A stretch of DNA of 64,000 nucleotides from an uncultured Gammaproteobacteria bacterium (GCA_963827755.1 CAWHCQ010000009.1:32001-96000); one strand, 5' to 3'; shown: positions 1 to 10,706, counted from the first letter of the stretch. Notes: generated from the sequence alone by a model not told the origin. Numbers and translations: made by a program.

Positions 1-105
1 TTTCGGCCATTCCTTGCCGTCCACGTTTACCCGGTTCGGGTCTTCGCTGTTAGCGGCATCTATCAGTGCCATCGCCTTGTCGAGCATCGTTTGTTGTTGT
101 GACAT
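1..105 (-). CDS. DUF4202 family protein, 5' part (runs off the window edge)
   Basis: Manual translation MSQQQTMLDKAMALIDAANSEDPNRVNVDGKEWPK; IDAANxEDPN is the typical DUF4202 N-terminus. Confidence 0.7.
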   Translation of the reverse strand, partial: MSQQQTMLDKAMALIDAANSEDPNRVNVDGKEWPK

Positions 106-164
106 ATATAGCTATCCTGTTTTAACCGGTCCCTATATTACAGATAAATCCTGAATCATGCCGC

Positions 165-809
165 CTACGCCCCCTCGCTCCCCCGGCGCTGCAGGTACCC
201 CGCAACCGCCCCCTTCGGCACCCGCGACAGTTCCTGCATCAATGACAGGGGAATATCCCGAATAGAATGCTGTTCCCCGATATCCTCCAGCATCTGCAGC
301 CACAAATGCGCCGTCATTTCGGCATCGGCCAGCGCCCGGTGAAAGGTACCGCTGCAGGGCAGGCGCTTGTACTCCACCAGTGTCCCCAGCTTGTGGCAGG
401 GCGCATTCGGATATACACGGCGCGACACCAGCATGGAACAGGCAAATTCACCCGAATAGCCACGCCGTATGCGTTGCAGTTCGGCATCGAGGAAACGCCG
501 GTCAAACGAGGCGTTATGGGCCACCATATCGAAATCCCCGATGAATCTCCTGAATTCAGCCATCACCGTCTCGCACGACGGGGCCTCGCGCAACATGGCA
601 TTGGTGATTCCGGTATAGCCCTCGATGAAGGAACTGACCCGCCGGTTCGGATTCATCAGCTGCTGGAAGCGGTCGGTAATCCTGCCGTTCTCGATGCGCA
701 CCGCGCCGATCTCGATGGCGCGGTCACCCTGGTCAGGCGACAGGCCCGTGGTCTCGAAGTCGAGCACAATGACGGTATCGGCTTTTCTATGCCTGTCGCT
801 ATTCATCAC
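165..809 (-). CDS. DEDDh 3'-5' exonuclease (DNA Pol III epsilon-like)
   Basis: [15 protein letters not shown] and HRALADA motifs. Confidence 0.9.
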   Translation of the reverse strand: MMNSDRHRKADTVIVLDFETTGLSPDQGDRAIEIGAVRIENGRITDRFQQLMNPNRRVSSFIEGYTGITNAMLREAPSCETVMAEFRRFIGDFDMVAHNASFDRRFLDAELQRIRRGYSGEFACSMLVSRRVYPNAPCHKLGTLVEYKRLPCSGTFHRALADAEMTAHLWLQMLEDIGEQHSIRDIPLSLMQELSRVPKGAVAGYLQRRGSEGA

Positions 810-878
810 CCTGCCCGCTTAAACCGGCCTGCCGCCGTGTGTCTTCCCGCCAGGCGGCTGAAGGCACGGCTGCTGCGC

Positions 879-1379
879 TCAGATATTCCGGATTATCCGC
901 ATCATGTCCAGGGTGGTGACGATGCCGGTCAGCTTTTTGTTGCGGGTTACAAACACGCGGTGAATATTTCCCTTCAGCATCGTCTCTGCAACGTCCTGTA
1001 CACGGGTGTCCTCGCTGACCTCGAAAATCATCGGGGTCATGATGTCCCGTACCTGGACCGGTGATTCATACTCGGTGTGGAAGGTCTTGATTTCCTCCCG
1101 GCTCATGTGGCGCTCGAGTTCAAACAGGTAGACATCATGTGTCGTCTCCGAACCCTGGTTGCTGCCCGTCACCCTGTTCTGGCGCACGATATCCGTCATC
1201 GATACCACGCCCACCAGCTCACCGTCCGCCGTCGTGACGGGGGCCCCGGAGATGCTGTTATCAACCAGGAAATCGGCCAGTTTGTCCAGCGGCCAGTCTG
1301 CTTCAGCGGCAAGCACCTCGCTGTTCATCACTTCACTGACCGAAATATCCCCGGCCTTTTCTTGCGTTTGATTCATCAT
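879..1379 (-). CDS. CBS domain-containing protein
   Basis: Two CBS repeats (ISGAPV..GVVSMTD; IHRVFV..GIVTTLD). Confidence 0.88.
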   Translation of the reverse strand: MMNQTQEKAGDISVSEVMNSEVLAAEADWPLDKLADFLVDNSISGAPVTTADGELVGVVSMTDIVRQNRVTGSNQGSETTHDVYLFELERHMSREEIKTFHTEYESPVQVRDIMTPMIFEVSEDTRVQDVAETMLKGNIHRVFVTRNKKLTGIVTTLDMMRIIRNI

Positions 1380-1469
1380 TTTCTCCTCTATAGCCTCTCG
1401 ATAGAATAACGGGGCCGCCTATCATTCACAAAACCGGTGGCAGATACCAGCTTTCCCGGTAATTCCCGT

Positions 1470-2633
1470 TTATTCCCGGCGTGGCTTGCGCATATCGAGC
1501 AACGCCTGCATCGCGGCCAGCAATTGCGGCACATCATGCGCCTTCGGCCTGAAATCCACATGCGCAAGGCCGTCAATCAGGAACAGCTGCGCCTGCCCCG
1601 CCGGCAGTGCATTCGCCAGTGCAATGCTCTCGGTATAGGGAATCAGCCGGTCGCCACGCCCGTGCAGCAGGATAACCCCGGCCCGCAGGCGTGACAGGTC
1701 ATGGGCCGCAGGATTGATGCCCTCCAGTTCACTGCGCATGCGCGGCGCAAGCCTGTCCAGCAGCCCGGGGACCTCTGCCGGGAGATGATTGTCGAGCAGG
1801 TCATAAAAAGCCTGCGCATCCGCAGCCATGTGGCCGGGCAGCGGTTCATCCCCGTCCAGCTGGTCACCCGTGAGATACGCCGCGTAACGCCGAAAGAACT
1901 CGCGATCCACCGGCAGTTCCAGCAAATCCAGGTTCGAGCGAATGAAGGTCGCCCGGCTGTACGGATGGGGTGACAGGCGGCCCGTACTCGAGGCCGCCCC
2001 GAGCGCAGGCGCAACGTCGGGGTAATAACCGGTGGTGAGGAAGCTGACAACGTTCTCCAGTGAATAATACCCCCCCACCGCAAGCACGAAGCGGACTCGC
2101 TCGCGGATATCCGGCTCAAGCGCGGCCAGCAGCACCGGGCCTGCACCGTAGCTGAAGCCGGCGATACCGATATGCCCCGCCGGTGCAAGCGCCGGGCGCG
2201 AGGCCAGCCATGCAACACTGTCGGCCACATCGCGCACATCAGTGGCGCGCATCCGCTTCTGGCGCACCCCGGGGTTGTCCGCGACCAGCACCGTGAAGTC
2301 CAGGCGCACCAGGGTATTCGCCATGGCGACGACCCGCGCATCGCGCCGGCCGCGGGCCACCACGCCGGGGACCAGCACAATGGCGGCACGTGCGGCCTGC
2401 GCAGGCCGGTAGAGATCGGCCGCGCGCTCCTCGCCGCCCGTCACGAAGCTGACCGGTTCGCGCGCCGGTCGGGGCGCCAGCGCCATCAGGCGGCTGCCCG
2501 CCTGGCCGGAGGCCAGGTCTTCCAGTGCCAGCCCCGCCTCGCTATCGCCGAAATCAGGTGTGCTGCAGGCCTGCAGGCCGGCACAGAGGAGCAGCAGGAC
2601 AAGCGGGCAGATCGGGATGCGCAGTCCGCTCAT
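1470..2633 (-). CDS. Alpha/beta hydrolase, probable lipoprotein
   Basis: Lipobox LQAC; GFSYG nucleophile elbow; LLHGRGD..IP; C-terminal His (LAHV). Confidence 0.75.
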   Translation of the reverse strand: MSGLRIPICPLVLLLLCAGLQACSTPDFGDSEAGLALEDLASGQAGSRLMALAPRPAREPVSFVTGGEERAADLYRPAQAARAAIVLVPGVVARGRRDARVVAMANTLVRLDFTVLVADNPGVRQKRMRATDVRDVADSVAWLASRPALAPAGHIGIAGFSYGAGPVLLAALEPDIRERVRFVLAVGGYYSLENVVSFLTTGYYPDVAPALGAASSTGRLSPHPYSRATFIRSNLDLLELPVDREFFRRYAAYLTGDQLDGDEPLPGHMAADAQAFYDLLDNHLPAEVPGLLDRLAPRMRSELEGINPAAHDLSRLRAGVILLHGRGDRLIPYTESIALANALPAGQAQLFLIDGLAHVDFRPKAHDVPQLLAAMQALLDMRKPRRE

Positions 2634-2647
2634 GTCATTAGAACGCC

Positions 2648-3766
2648 TTAACCACCACCCCGGGGCATCAACCTTAGCAGCTGCCCGTCACGCTCATCGG
2701 TCAACAGGTAAAGCAACCCGTCCGGCCCCTGGCGGACATCGCGAATGCGGCCGAGTTCGTCTTCCAGCAGGCGTTCCTCGCGCACCACCTTCTCGCCATC
2801 AAGTTCCAGTCGCACCAGCAAGCGGAACTTCAGCGAACCAATGAAAAGGTTGCCCTGCCATTGCGGAAAACGCTTGCCCGTATAAAACGCCATGCCCGAG
2901 GGGGCAATCGACGGCACCCAGTAATGAACGGGTTGCGCCATGCCCGGCTTGTGCGTGCCTTCGCCGATACGCGTGCCAATGACATAGTTGACCCCGTAGG
3001 TAATCACCGGCCAGCCGTAATTGACACCGGCCGCTGCAATATTCAGTTCATCACCGCCCTGCGGCCCGTGTTCGTGGGTCCACACCCTGCCGCTGAGCGG
3101 ATGCAATGCCGCGCCCTGCATGTTGCGGTGACCATAGCTGTAGATCTCCGGTTTTTTGCCGGCGCTGTTTACGAACGGGTTGTCGGCCGGGATGCGGCCA
3201 TCGTCGTGCAGGCGAATCAGCGAGCCGGCATGGTCGTCAAGGTCCTGCGCACGCGGGCGATCACCGCGATCGCCGAGGGTGATGAACAGGAAGCCGTCGT
3301 TGTCGAACACCAGGCGTGAACCGAAATGCTGGCGCGCGCCGCTCTTCGGCAGCAGGCGGAAGATGACCTCGACCTGTTCAAGCCGGTGCCCGCGCAGCCG
3401 GCCGCGCGCCACGGCCGTGCCCGTGCCGCGGATGTCGCTCTCGGCAAAGGAAAAGTAGACCAGCCGGTTGTTGTTGAAGTCCGGATGCAGGGCCACATCA
3501 AGCAGTCCGCCCTGGCCGTGCTGGCGGATCGGCGGCAAACCGCCAATCGGCTCGGGGTGCAGCACTCCGGCAGCACTGATCAGCCGCAGTCGGCCGGCCC
3601 GTTCCGTGACCAGCATGCGTCCGTCCGGCAGAAAGGCCAGGCTCCAGGGATGTTCCAGGCCTGCGGTGACGGTCTCGTAGGTGAAGGCCGGGGCCTGGCC
3701 CGGCACGGCCTGCGCCGCAGGCAGCGCGACCAACAGGAAAAACAGGACTGCAAGACTTGTTCTCAT
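2648..3766 (-). CDS. PQQ-dependent sugar dehydrogenase (GSDH/YliI-like)
   Basis: Signal peptide; GLEHPWSLAFLPDG, GQGGLLDVALHPDF, YGHRNMQG, EHGPQGGDELN. Start reassigned to ATG 3766. Confidence 0.92.
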   Translation of the reverse strand: MRTSLAVLFFLLVALPAAQAVPGQAPAFTYETVTAGLEHPWSLAFLPDGRMLVTERAGRLRLISAAGVLHPEPIGGLPPIRQHGQGGLLDVALHPDFNNNRLVYFSFAESDIRGTGTAVARGRLRGHRLEQVEVIFRLLPKSGARQHFGSRLVFDNDGFLFITLGDRGDRPRAQDLDDHAGSLIRLHDDGRIPADNPFVNSAGKKPEIYSYGHRNMQGAALHPLSGRVWTHEHGPQGGDELNIAAAGVNYGWPVITYGVNYVIGTRIGEGTHKPGMAQPVHYWVPSIAPSGMAFYTGKRFPQWQGNLFIGSLKFRLLVRLELDGEKVVREERLLEDELGRIRDVRQGPDGLLYLLTDERDGQLLRLMPRGGG

Positions 3767-3896
3767 CGCTGCTGAAAGTCGAACCGGCCCCGCTTGCCTT
3801 GCCGCCTTAAACCCGTGAAGCCGGCGGCAAAAGATCAGCTTGTGCCTGTACGATTCAGCAGGCCCGTGCAGCGCATCATGGTCACAGGCCGGCGTG

Positions 3897-4742
3897 CTAT
3901 TTCCTCGGCGGGCATTGCGGATCCGACGACCAGACCAGCAGCGGCCGGTTGGCATGGCGCATGACATTGGCCGTCACCGAGTCCTCCAGCGGCCGGCGTT
4001 CGCCGCTAAGGCCGTGGGTCACCATGGCCACGATATCGATGTTGAGTTCATCGGTACGCTTGAGGATTTCCTGGATCGGGCGCAGGTGCGTTGAGCAATC
4101 CAGTTGCACCGAGATACCCTTGTTGGCGAGTTCGACGCCGTGGTGTCCGAGGAATTCCCTGCGCTTGCTTGCATCGGCCACGTCATCGCACTCCGGGTGA
4201 TCGTGGAACAAAACCACTTCAGAGTGATAGCGCTTGGCAAACTGCTCCACGCAGGGGAGTATGGCGGCCGATGTCTCTGTCCCGTCAAGCGGCACCAGCA
4301 TACGGCGGAACAGGTGGCCGTGCGGGGTGTTGCTGCTGTCGGCGCGGGTGGAATGCAGGATAAACAGCGGACAGGGGGACTGGCGGACCACATGCTCGGT
4401 AACACTGCCTTCGCGAATGTTTTCCAGTCCCGAGCGCCCGTGCGTCGACATCACCAGCAACGAGGCATTCACCTCCGTGGCATAACGGATAATTTCCTCG
4501 GTCGGGTCACCGCAGCGCAGCTCGGCATTGACCTTCCAGCCCCCGGCCTGCATCGCGTCATGGTACTTTTTCAGCAGGGGATGGTCGGCGGCATCGCCGG
4601 CGGCAGCAAGATCACTGCCTGGTTCCAGCACGTGCAGCAGATACAAATCAGGGGCTGACTCCTGTCCAAGTTCCTTGAGGTAGCTCAGCGTTTCAGCGAA
4701 TATCTCGGTACCGTCCACGGGCAAAACAATCCTGTCCAACAT
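3897..4742 (-). CDS. Universal stress protein (two USP domains)
   Basis: IVLPVDG..MSTHGRSG..GSVTEHVVRQSPCP, then a second LVPLDG..MVTHG domain. Confidence 0.9.
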   Translation of the reverse strand: MLDRIVLPVDGTEIFAETLSYLKELGQESAPDLYLLHVLEPGSDLAAAGDAADHPLLKKYHDAMQAGGWKVNAELRCGDPTEEIIRYATEVNASLLVMSTHGRSGLENIREGSVTEHVVRQSPCPLFILHSTRADSSNTPHGHLFRRMLVPLDGTETSAAILPCVEQFAKRYHSEVVLFHDHPECDDVADASKRREFLGHHGVELANKGISVQLDCSTHLRPIQEILKRTDELNIDIVAMVTHGLSGERRPLEDSVTANVMRHANRPLLVWSSDPQCPPRK

Positions 4743-4931
4743 GCCAGACCTCCTCCGGTTAGCAGGGCGTTATTCGATCTTCTGTTTAATCACAGAATAG
4801 TAGCCCTTGTTCCCAAAGTCCACGCCAATCAAGCGCCAGGCAGCCGTTCGTGATGCGTTTGCATGCCCTGCCAGCGGCCGACGGCATTGCCGGGACAGAC
4901 CCCGTGGCGGGCTTGTTGCCGGTATCCCGGG

Positions 4932-6500
4932 CTACTTCCCGCGCCAGTGCAGGTGATAGAGGTCGTGACGCCGGTCACGCAGGTTTTTCACCGTGCCGCT
5001 GTTTCTTGCGGTGACCAGCGTCTCCGGGCGCAGGTCGGCAATCGCCACGGTCTCCACGTTGGGGGTCGTATCCGCCGCGATGCCGTCGCGGGAAAACGGA
5101 AAGTCGCAAGGGGTGAGGATACAGCTCTGCGCATACTGGATATCCATGTTGTGGACGTTCGGCAGGTTGCCGACATTGCCCGACATGACCACGTAGACCT
5201 GGTTTTCCACCGCACGGGCCTGGCAACAGTAGCGCACACGCAGGTAGCTTTGCCGTTCATCGGTACAAAACGGGACGAACAGCAACTGGATGCCCTGGTC
5301 AGTCAGGTGCCGCGCCAGTTCCGGAAATTCCGCGTCGTAACAAATCAGCACACCGATCGGCCCGCAATCCGTGTCAATGGCATTGAGCTTGCTGCCACCC
5401 TCGATATTCCACCAGTACTCCTCGTTCGGTGTCGGGTGGATCTTGGGCTGCTCGTGGATAGCGCCATTGCGCAGGAACACGTAGGAAATATTCTCCACCC
5501 GCCCCGACTCGACCCGCGTCGGATGTGACCCTCCGATGATATTGATGTTGTAGCGCAGCGCCATATCGCGCAGCGCTGCAGTGAAGCGCGGTGTGTACCT
5601 GGTCAGCGCCTCGATGGACTCGGCGGGCGTGAGCTGCTGGTCCTCGATGGACAGCAGTTGCAGGGTGAACAGTTCCGGGAAGACCACGAAATCACCCTTG
5701 TAGTCGGCCACCACGTCGACAAAGTAGGCGACGATCTCGAGGAACTCCTCGAACGAGCTCACGCGACGCTGCTTGTATTGCACGGTGCCGATACGAACGG
5801 TGTCCGGCATACGCTCGCCGTAGCCCCTTGTCTTTGCAGATGGCAGTGTTTCCGGGACCTTGGGGTTGCGCCAGACGAGGTGCACGCCGTAGCCCATCGA
5901 CTGGTGATCGACACCGAGGTAATCGGGGAGGATGCCAATGACCTCGAATTCGTTCCGCAACTGGAAGGACAGCACCGGGTCGCGCGCCTGCTTCGCCTTG
6001 ATCGCCTCGACATAGTCCACGACATTGCCGTATTTCCTGATGCGCCTGGCGAGCGTGGGCAGACGGCCGGCGAAGACAATGCCCTTGAGACCGAGTGACT
6101 GGCAGAGTTTCTTGCGTTCGTTATACAGGCGTTGTCCGAGCCGGTACCCCTGCAACTCCGGATCGACGCAAACCTCCATCCCGTAGAGCCAGTCGCCAGC
6201 GGGATCATGACGTGATGCATAGCCGTTGCCGGTGATCTCCACCCAGGTGTGGGGCTTGAGGCAGATCGCCTCGCTGATGCGAAAGGTGGCACAATAACCG
6301 ACCACCTTCTCGTCCAGCAGGACGACAAACTGGCCCTCGGGAAAATTGTTGATCTGGCCGGTGATGGCGCCTTCCGAGTAGCCGGTCAACCCGGTGCCGG
6401 CATACGCGCGGGTCGACAGCCGGGTGATCTCCGGCACATCGGCGGGCTGCGCATTGCGAATGCTCAGCTTGCTTGACTGGTTGGAAAGCTTGCCGCCCAT
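4932..6500 (-). CDS. GNAT N-acetyltransferase / carbon-nitrogen hydrolase fusion
   Basis: N-terminal GNAT (VCVDPELQGYRLG); nitrilase triad motifs VFPEL, QPKIH, ICYDAEFPE. Confidence 0.9.
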   Translation of the reverse strand: MGGKLSNQSSKLSIRNAQPADVPEITRLSTRAYAGTGLTGYSEGAITGQINNFPEGQFVVLLDEKVVGYCATFRISEAICLKPHTWVEITGNGYASRHDPAGDWLYGMEVCVDPELQGYRLGQRLYNERKKLCQSLGLKGIVFAGRLPTLARRIRKYGNVVDYVEAIKAKQARDPVLSFQLRNEFEVIGILPDYLGVDHQSMGYGVHLVWRNPKVPETLPSAKTRGYGERMPDTVRIGTVQYKQRRVSSFEEFLEIVAYFVDVVADYKGDFVVFPELFTLQLLSIEDQQLTPAESIEALTRYTPRFTAALRDMALRYNINIIGGSHPTRVESGRVENISYVFLRNGAIHEQPKIHPTPNEEYWWNIEGGSKLNAIDTDCGPIGVLICYDAEFPELARHLTDQGIQLLFVPFCTDERQSYLRVRYCCQARAVENQVYVVMSGNVGNLPNVHNMDIQYAQSCILTPCDFPFSRDGIAADTTPNVETVAIADLRPETLVTARNSGTVKNLRDRRHDLYHLHWRGK

Positions 6501-6825
6501 AGATCTCTACCGTTTAACGCCGGCTGAATGTAAATAATCAGAACAGGGCCGGTGCCGGCTGACCCGCTGTTCTCCCTGAAAGACCGGTATCGCCCCCTGT
6601 TGTGTCTATAGAATACTTGAAATCTCACTCGAATACCCCGCCCCCCCTGAAGCATGCCCGCCTGCTGTGAAAACGACACCTGTTTGTTGCATGTATACAC
6701 GACGGCCTTTGCAGGAGCACAATCCGGAAATCGCTGTTGACAAATTCACACGGTGTTCTAGTTTTATAATGCACAGCGACACAAGGGACGACATCAGGCT
6801 CTCGCTACCAGCGGAGGAGCACGAG

Positions 6826-6938
6826 ATGAGCACGACAAATACGACAACCGGTCAGCCTGGTGATCTCCCCGGTCCCGACGGTTTCCTGGACAACACGCAG
6901 TCGTGGACCCGGGTGAAGAAGCCAGGGCCTGTATGTAA
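6826..6938 (+). pseudogene. Internally deleted TusE/DsrC/DsvC-like sulfur relay gene remnant
   Basis: RBS GGAGGAG then ATG 6826 gives ..DGFLDNTQSWTR; an overlapping second frame gives DPGEEARACM-stop. These match the two ends of DsrC-like proteins with the middle missing. Confidence 0.6.
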
Positions 6939-6971
6939 GGACTGGAAAACGATTCCGGCCTGGAGACAAGC

Positions 6972-7481
6972 ATGAAACGACGACTTTATTTTCTCATCCC
7001 CGATACCGGTCATGCGCAGGCCGTGGTAGACGACCTGGACGCATTCGGCATCAACACCGCTGCCATGCACGTCCTCGCGAAGCCGGGCATCGACCTGGGG
7101 GACCTGCCGGTCGCAACCGGCAGGCAACGCGCGGATACCGGCGCCCGGCTTGAAACCATCCTCTGGGACGGCAACCTGGCGATCTACTTCCTGGCCCTGT
7201 TTGCCCTGATCGCGATGTTATACCTGCAGTTTGCCTGGTACTGGCTGCTGCTGCCGGCAGCCGTCATGGTGGTGACCTTCCTGATGGGAATCATATTCAC
7301 TTCCCGGGTTCCCAATGTACACCTGTCCGAATTCCGCGATGCCATGCATCACGGTGAGCTCCTGCTGATGGTCGACGTCCCGCTCTGGCAGGTGCAGCGC
7401 GTCGAGACACTGGTACATACGCAGCACCCCGAGGCCACTGCCGGCGGCGTAAGCTGGCACATCGACGCCCTGCGCATCTAG
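6972..7481 (+). CDS. DUF1269-like membrane protein
   Basis: MKRRLYFLIPD start, two TM helices, GELLLMVDVP..HPEA C-terminus. Confidence 0.65.
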   Translation: MKRRLYFLIPDTGHAQAVVDDLDAFGINTAAMHVLAKPGIDLGDLPVATGRQRADTGARLETILWDGNLAIYFLALFALIAMLYLQFAWYWLLLPAAVMVVTFLMGIIFTSRVPNVHLSEFRDAMHHGELLLMVDVPLWQVQRVETLVHTQHPEATAGGVSWHIDALRI

Positions 7482-7627
7482 ACGATTTTGCGGGTCACAT
7501 GACGGCCATGTGCAGGTGCGCGACGAAAGAATAGAAGTTGACAGGCAAACGCCGTGACCCGGCGTTAACGCATGCAGCAACCGTAAATAATTCAGGACAG
7601 GCCCGCAGGGTGCGTTGTGCACCCTGC

Positions 7628-8542
7628 CTATTTCCGGGGATGGCAGGTAAGCTGCCCGGCCTGCCCGAATAAAGCGACAGCATTTGAACACCCGATCTGG
7701 CGGGCAACAGCCTGCGGCAATTGCGCCAGCCAGCGCCTGTGAAACCCCCAGAACCGCGGCAACTCCTGCCAGCCGCTGTCATCTTCATCCCAGCTGTCGA
7801 GCTGCTCAACCGGCCACACCGGGTCCGACCCCGCCATGAACCGTTGCGGATACTTCAACAGCAGCGCCTTCCACTCCGGCAGCAGCAACCCGTCTTCATC
7901 GGTCAACGGATTATTCACGAAGCGCCAGGGGTCACGCGCACCCAGCCCGCCCCAGACATTGCCGCAGTTCGCAAGCACGCGGTCAACCGCCGCGGGCGCC
8001 AGCACGGCCCCGCTGTGTGCCCAGAGGATGCGCGTATCCGGAAATTGCCGGCACAGCTTCAACATGAAATCGGGCCGTGAAAACTCGGTATGTATCATCA
8101 CAGGCACATCGAACTCAGCGGCCAGCTTCAACAATTGCTGCAGCACCATGGCCTTCTCGAGCGGCGGTGTAAACCCGCCAATGACATGCAATTCACCGAT
8201 CCCCCGGTAACGGCCGGATGCCAGCGCCGCCCGCGCGCGCGTCACCGTGGTTTCGTCGCGTGCCCAGCGATGCCAGTCACCCCCCTCGCGGTAGGGGCTG
8301 AAGAGCGGCACGATCCTGCCCGGTGCCAGCGAGTGCAGCTGCAGTGCGAGTTCCGCCGGGGTCCCGATAACGACACCCATGACAATATGTTGCTGATCAA
8401 GCATGGCAATGGCATCAGCGGGGGTTGTTAATTCCCGCTGGGACCACTTGTAGTGCAGGTGCATGTCGGCGACGGGCTGCGCGACAAGAGACTGCGCCAG
8501 GCACAGTAGCCCGCAAAGCAGGCCGGATCGGCTGGATATCAT
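7628..8542 (-). CDS. Amidohydrolase family protein (exported)
   Basis: Signal peptide; DMHLH, GIGELH, IHTE, WAHSG, GSDP. Confidence 0.8.
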   Translation of the reverse strand: MISSRSGLLCGLLCLAQSLVAQPVADMHLHYKWSQRELTTPADAIAMLDQQHIVMGVVIGTPAELALQLHSLAPGRIVPLFSPYREGGDWHRWARDETTVTRARAALASGRYRGIGELHVIGGFTPPLEKAMVLQQLLKLAAEFDVPVMIHTEFSRPDFMLKLCRQFPDTRILWAHSGAVLAPAAVDRVLANCGNVWGGLGARDPWRFVNNPLTDEDGLLLPEWKALLLKYPQRFMAGSDPVWPVEQLDSWDEDDSGWQELPRFWGFHRRWLAQLPQAVARQIGCSNAVALFGQAGQLTCHPRK

Positions 8543-8591
8543 CGCTGTTCTGCGAGCTTTAAAAATTTTCCGGTTAAGGTACACTCTCGCC

Positions 8592-8726
8592 ATGAAAAGT
8601 GAAGCTCTCTTCATCATGTTTCTCATCGCGCCCTGGGCCCTGGTGCTGATTGTCCTGCTCATTTATCGCCGACGGCAAAAACGCAAGACGCTTAACGATT
8701 CCTCAAGTGGCCGGAAAAATCAATAG
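8592..8726 (+). CDS. Small single-pass membrane protein
   Basis: 44 aa; hydrophobic helix followed by RRRQKRK. Confidence 0.45.
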   Translation: MKSEALFIMFLIAPWALVLIVLLIYRRRQKRKTLNDSSSGRKNQ

Positions 8727-8821
8727 AAGATCGATCGGGTCATCCATTACCTGTCATTGATTATTGTGCCTGCTGGCTCCTCCAGACCGGGGCGTTGGTT
8801 TTTCTACCGGAGGCAGTACCG

Positions 8822-9436
8822 ATGTTGAAATTCGTAAGCAAGCACATTCTTACCGGGCTGGTAACCATTCTGCCTGTTGTACTCACGGTCTATCTTCTTT
8901 ACTGGTTTGCAGTATCGATAGAATCGATGCTGGGCAACATAATCCGCCACTGGCTTCCGCAAGACCTCTACTGGCCCGGCATGGGCTTCCTCGCCGGGCT
9001 GGTGCTCATGTTCATCGTGGGATTACTGATGCATGCCTATGTGGTCCAGGTGCTGTTCGCCATGGGTGAAAAAATCCTCTACCACACCCCGGTGATCAAA
9101 TCGATTTACCCGGCAATACGCGACTTCCTGAATTATTTTTCACCAAACAAGAAAAAAGAATTCAACAAGGTCGTGGCATTAACGCTCGGGGACAGCGGCA
9201 TGCAGGTGATCGGATTCGTCACCCAGGAAAACCCGGAAAACCTGCCTGAAGATTTTCGCCAGCAAGACAATGTCCTGGTCTACCTGCCCCTGAGTTACAT
9301 GATCGGGGGTTATGCCGTGCTGGTGCCGCGAAGCGCTATCCGCCCGGTCGGCATGAATATGGAGGAAGCGATGCGCTTCACGCTGACCGCCGGCGTTACC
9401 GGTGCTACCGGCCCGGCCTCCAGGAAGAGGAAATAA
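8822..9436 (+). CDS. DUF502 membrane protein
   Basis: TGLVTILPVVLT, PVIKSIY, IGFVT, MNMEEAMRF pattern. Confidence 0.88.
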   Translation: MLKFVSKHILTGLVTILPVVLTVYLLYWFAVSIESMLGNIIRHWLPQDLYWPGMGFLAGLVLMFIVGLLMHAYVVQVLFAMGEKILYHTPVIKSIYPAIRDFLNYFSPNKKKEFNKVVALTLGDSGMQVIGFVTQENPENLPEDFRQQDNVLVYLPLSYMIGGYAVLVPRSAIRPVGMNMEEAMRFTLTAGVTGATGPASRKRK

Positions 9437-9560
9437 TCCCCTGCCGGGACCATCGCTGCGCTCCTTGTCCCGGCCTGCATAATGACTCGCCCTGTTACCG
9501 GGCAGGCCGGATCAAGTGCAGCGGATCCGGCGTTCGACGGGGTCGCTCAGTGATTAAACT

Positions 9561-10706
9561 TCAACGGCTGGTGAGCTTCAGTTCAATGCGCCGGTTGCGC
9601 CGGTAGGCCTCCGCGGTATCGCCATAGTCCAGCGGGTGGTGCTCACCAAACCCCGCCGCAACCAGGTGTTCCGGCGCTATGCCCTGCTCGATCAGGAACT
9701 TCACGATACTCAGGGCACGCGCGGTCGAGAGTTCCCAGTTGGACGGGAATGCGATGCGAATCGGCCGCTTGTCGGTGTGGCCGTCGACACGCAGCACCCA
9801 GTCGATGTCGTCCGGAATCTGCGCAGTGATTTCTCTCAGGGTGCGCGCCACTGTCGCGATCTCTCCCCTGCCCCCGCTGTCCAGCTCGGCCGATGCCGAG
9901 GAGAACAACACCTCGGACGGCAGGATAAAACGGTCGCCCTCGATGCGGATATCCGGACTGTCTTTGAGGGCGTCCCGCAACCTGCCAAAGAACTCGGAGC
10001 GATAGCCCGCCAGCTCCTCGACCTTGCGGGCCAGTGCGATATTCAGGCGGCGCCCGAGATTTTCGATCTCGACCTTCTGCGCCGACGCCCTGGCCTCCGA
10101 CACATCGAGCGCCTGGGTGATATTCAGCAGCTGCTGGCGCAGCGCCAGAATCTGCGCACTCAACTCATTGACCCGTATCTGTGCCTCGGCGGACAGTTGC
10201 TGCTGCTCCGACGCCTCCTGCCGGCTGTCCCTGAGTGCCGCCTGCAGGCCCTCGCGGGTTTGCTCGAGGCCGGCAATGCTCTGCTCTTGCTGCTCGATGC
10301 TGCTCTCGGCGGAGGCAATCCGCGCGCGTGCCGCCGCCAGCTCGGTGCGCAGCCGGTCAGACGCCGCGGTCGCTTCAACCGCGCGCAGGGTCACGACCTG
10401 CAGTTGCTGCGCCAGCCCGTCACGTTCCTGCACCATGCTGGCCAGCTCACCGGACAACGCCAGCAAGCGGCTTTCCAGTTCGCTCTTTTCGGTGCGCTCC
10501 AGCGACAGCACCGCGGACAGTTCCGCGATCTGGCTGCGCAGGCTGTCCAGGGCACGATCGCGCCCCACCAGGGCATCGGTCAGCGTGAACTGGCCCACCG
10601 AAAACAGCAACAGCACGAAGATGACGATCATCAGCAGGGCGGCGAGCGCGTCGACGAACCCCGGCCAGATATCGACGCCCCGGCGCCGGCGACTGACAAG
10701 TAACAT
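9561..10706 (-). CDS. MotB/OmpA-family peptidoglycan-binding protein with long coiled coil
   Basis: WPGFVDAL TM with conserved Asp; VDGHTD, NWELSTARA, RRNRRIE. Confidence 0.88.
   Translation of the reverse strand: MLLVSRRRRGVDIWPGFVDALAALLMIVIFVLLLFSVGQFTLTDALVGRDRALDSLRSQIAELSAVLSLERTEKSELESRLLALSGELASMVQERDGLAQQLQVVTLRAVEATAASDRLRTELAAARARIASAESSIEQQEQSIAGLEQTREGLQAALRDSRQEASEQQQLSAEAQIRVNELSAQILALRQQLLNITQALDVSEARASAQKVEIENLGRRLNIALARKVEELAGYRSEFFGRLRDALKDSPDIRIEGDRFILPSEVLFSSASAELDSGGRGEIATVARTLREITAQIPDDIDWVLRVDGHTDKRPIRIAFPSNWELSTARALSIVKFLIEQGIAPEHLVAAGFGEHHPLDYGDTAEAYRRNRRIELKLTSR

Noticed and set aside
165-809. Naming either DEDDh exonuclease dnaQ
   Set aside because: Both are stand-alone paralogues without dnaQ-specific tail or context.
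6737-6770. Perfect TTGACA and TATAAT as a sigma70 promoter
   Set aside because: The spacer is 22 bp, too long. The -10 may be real and TGTTGACAAATTCACA may be a CRP/FNR-type site, but I cannot support this.
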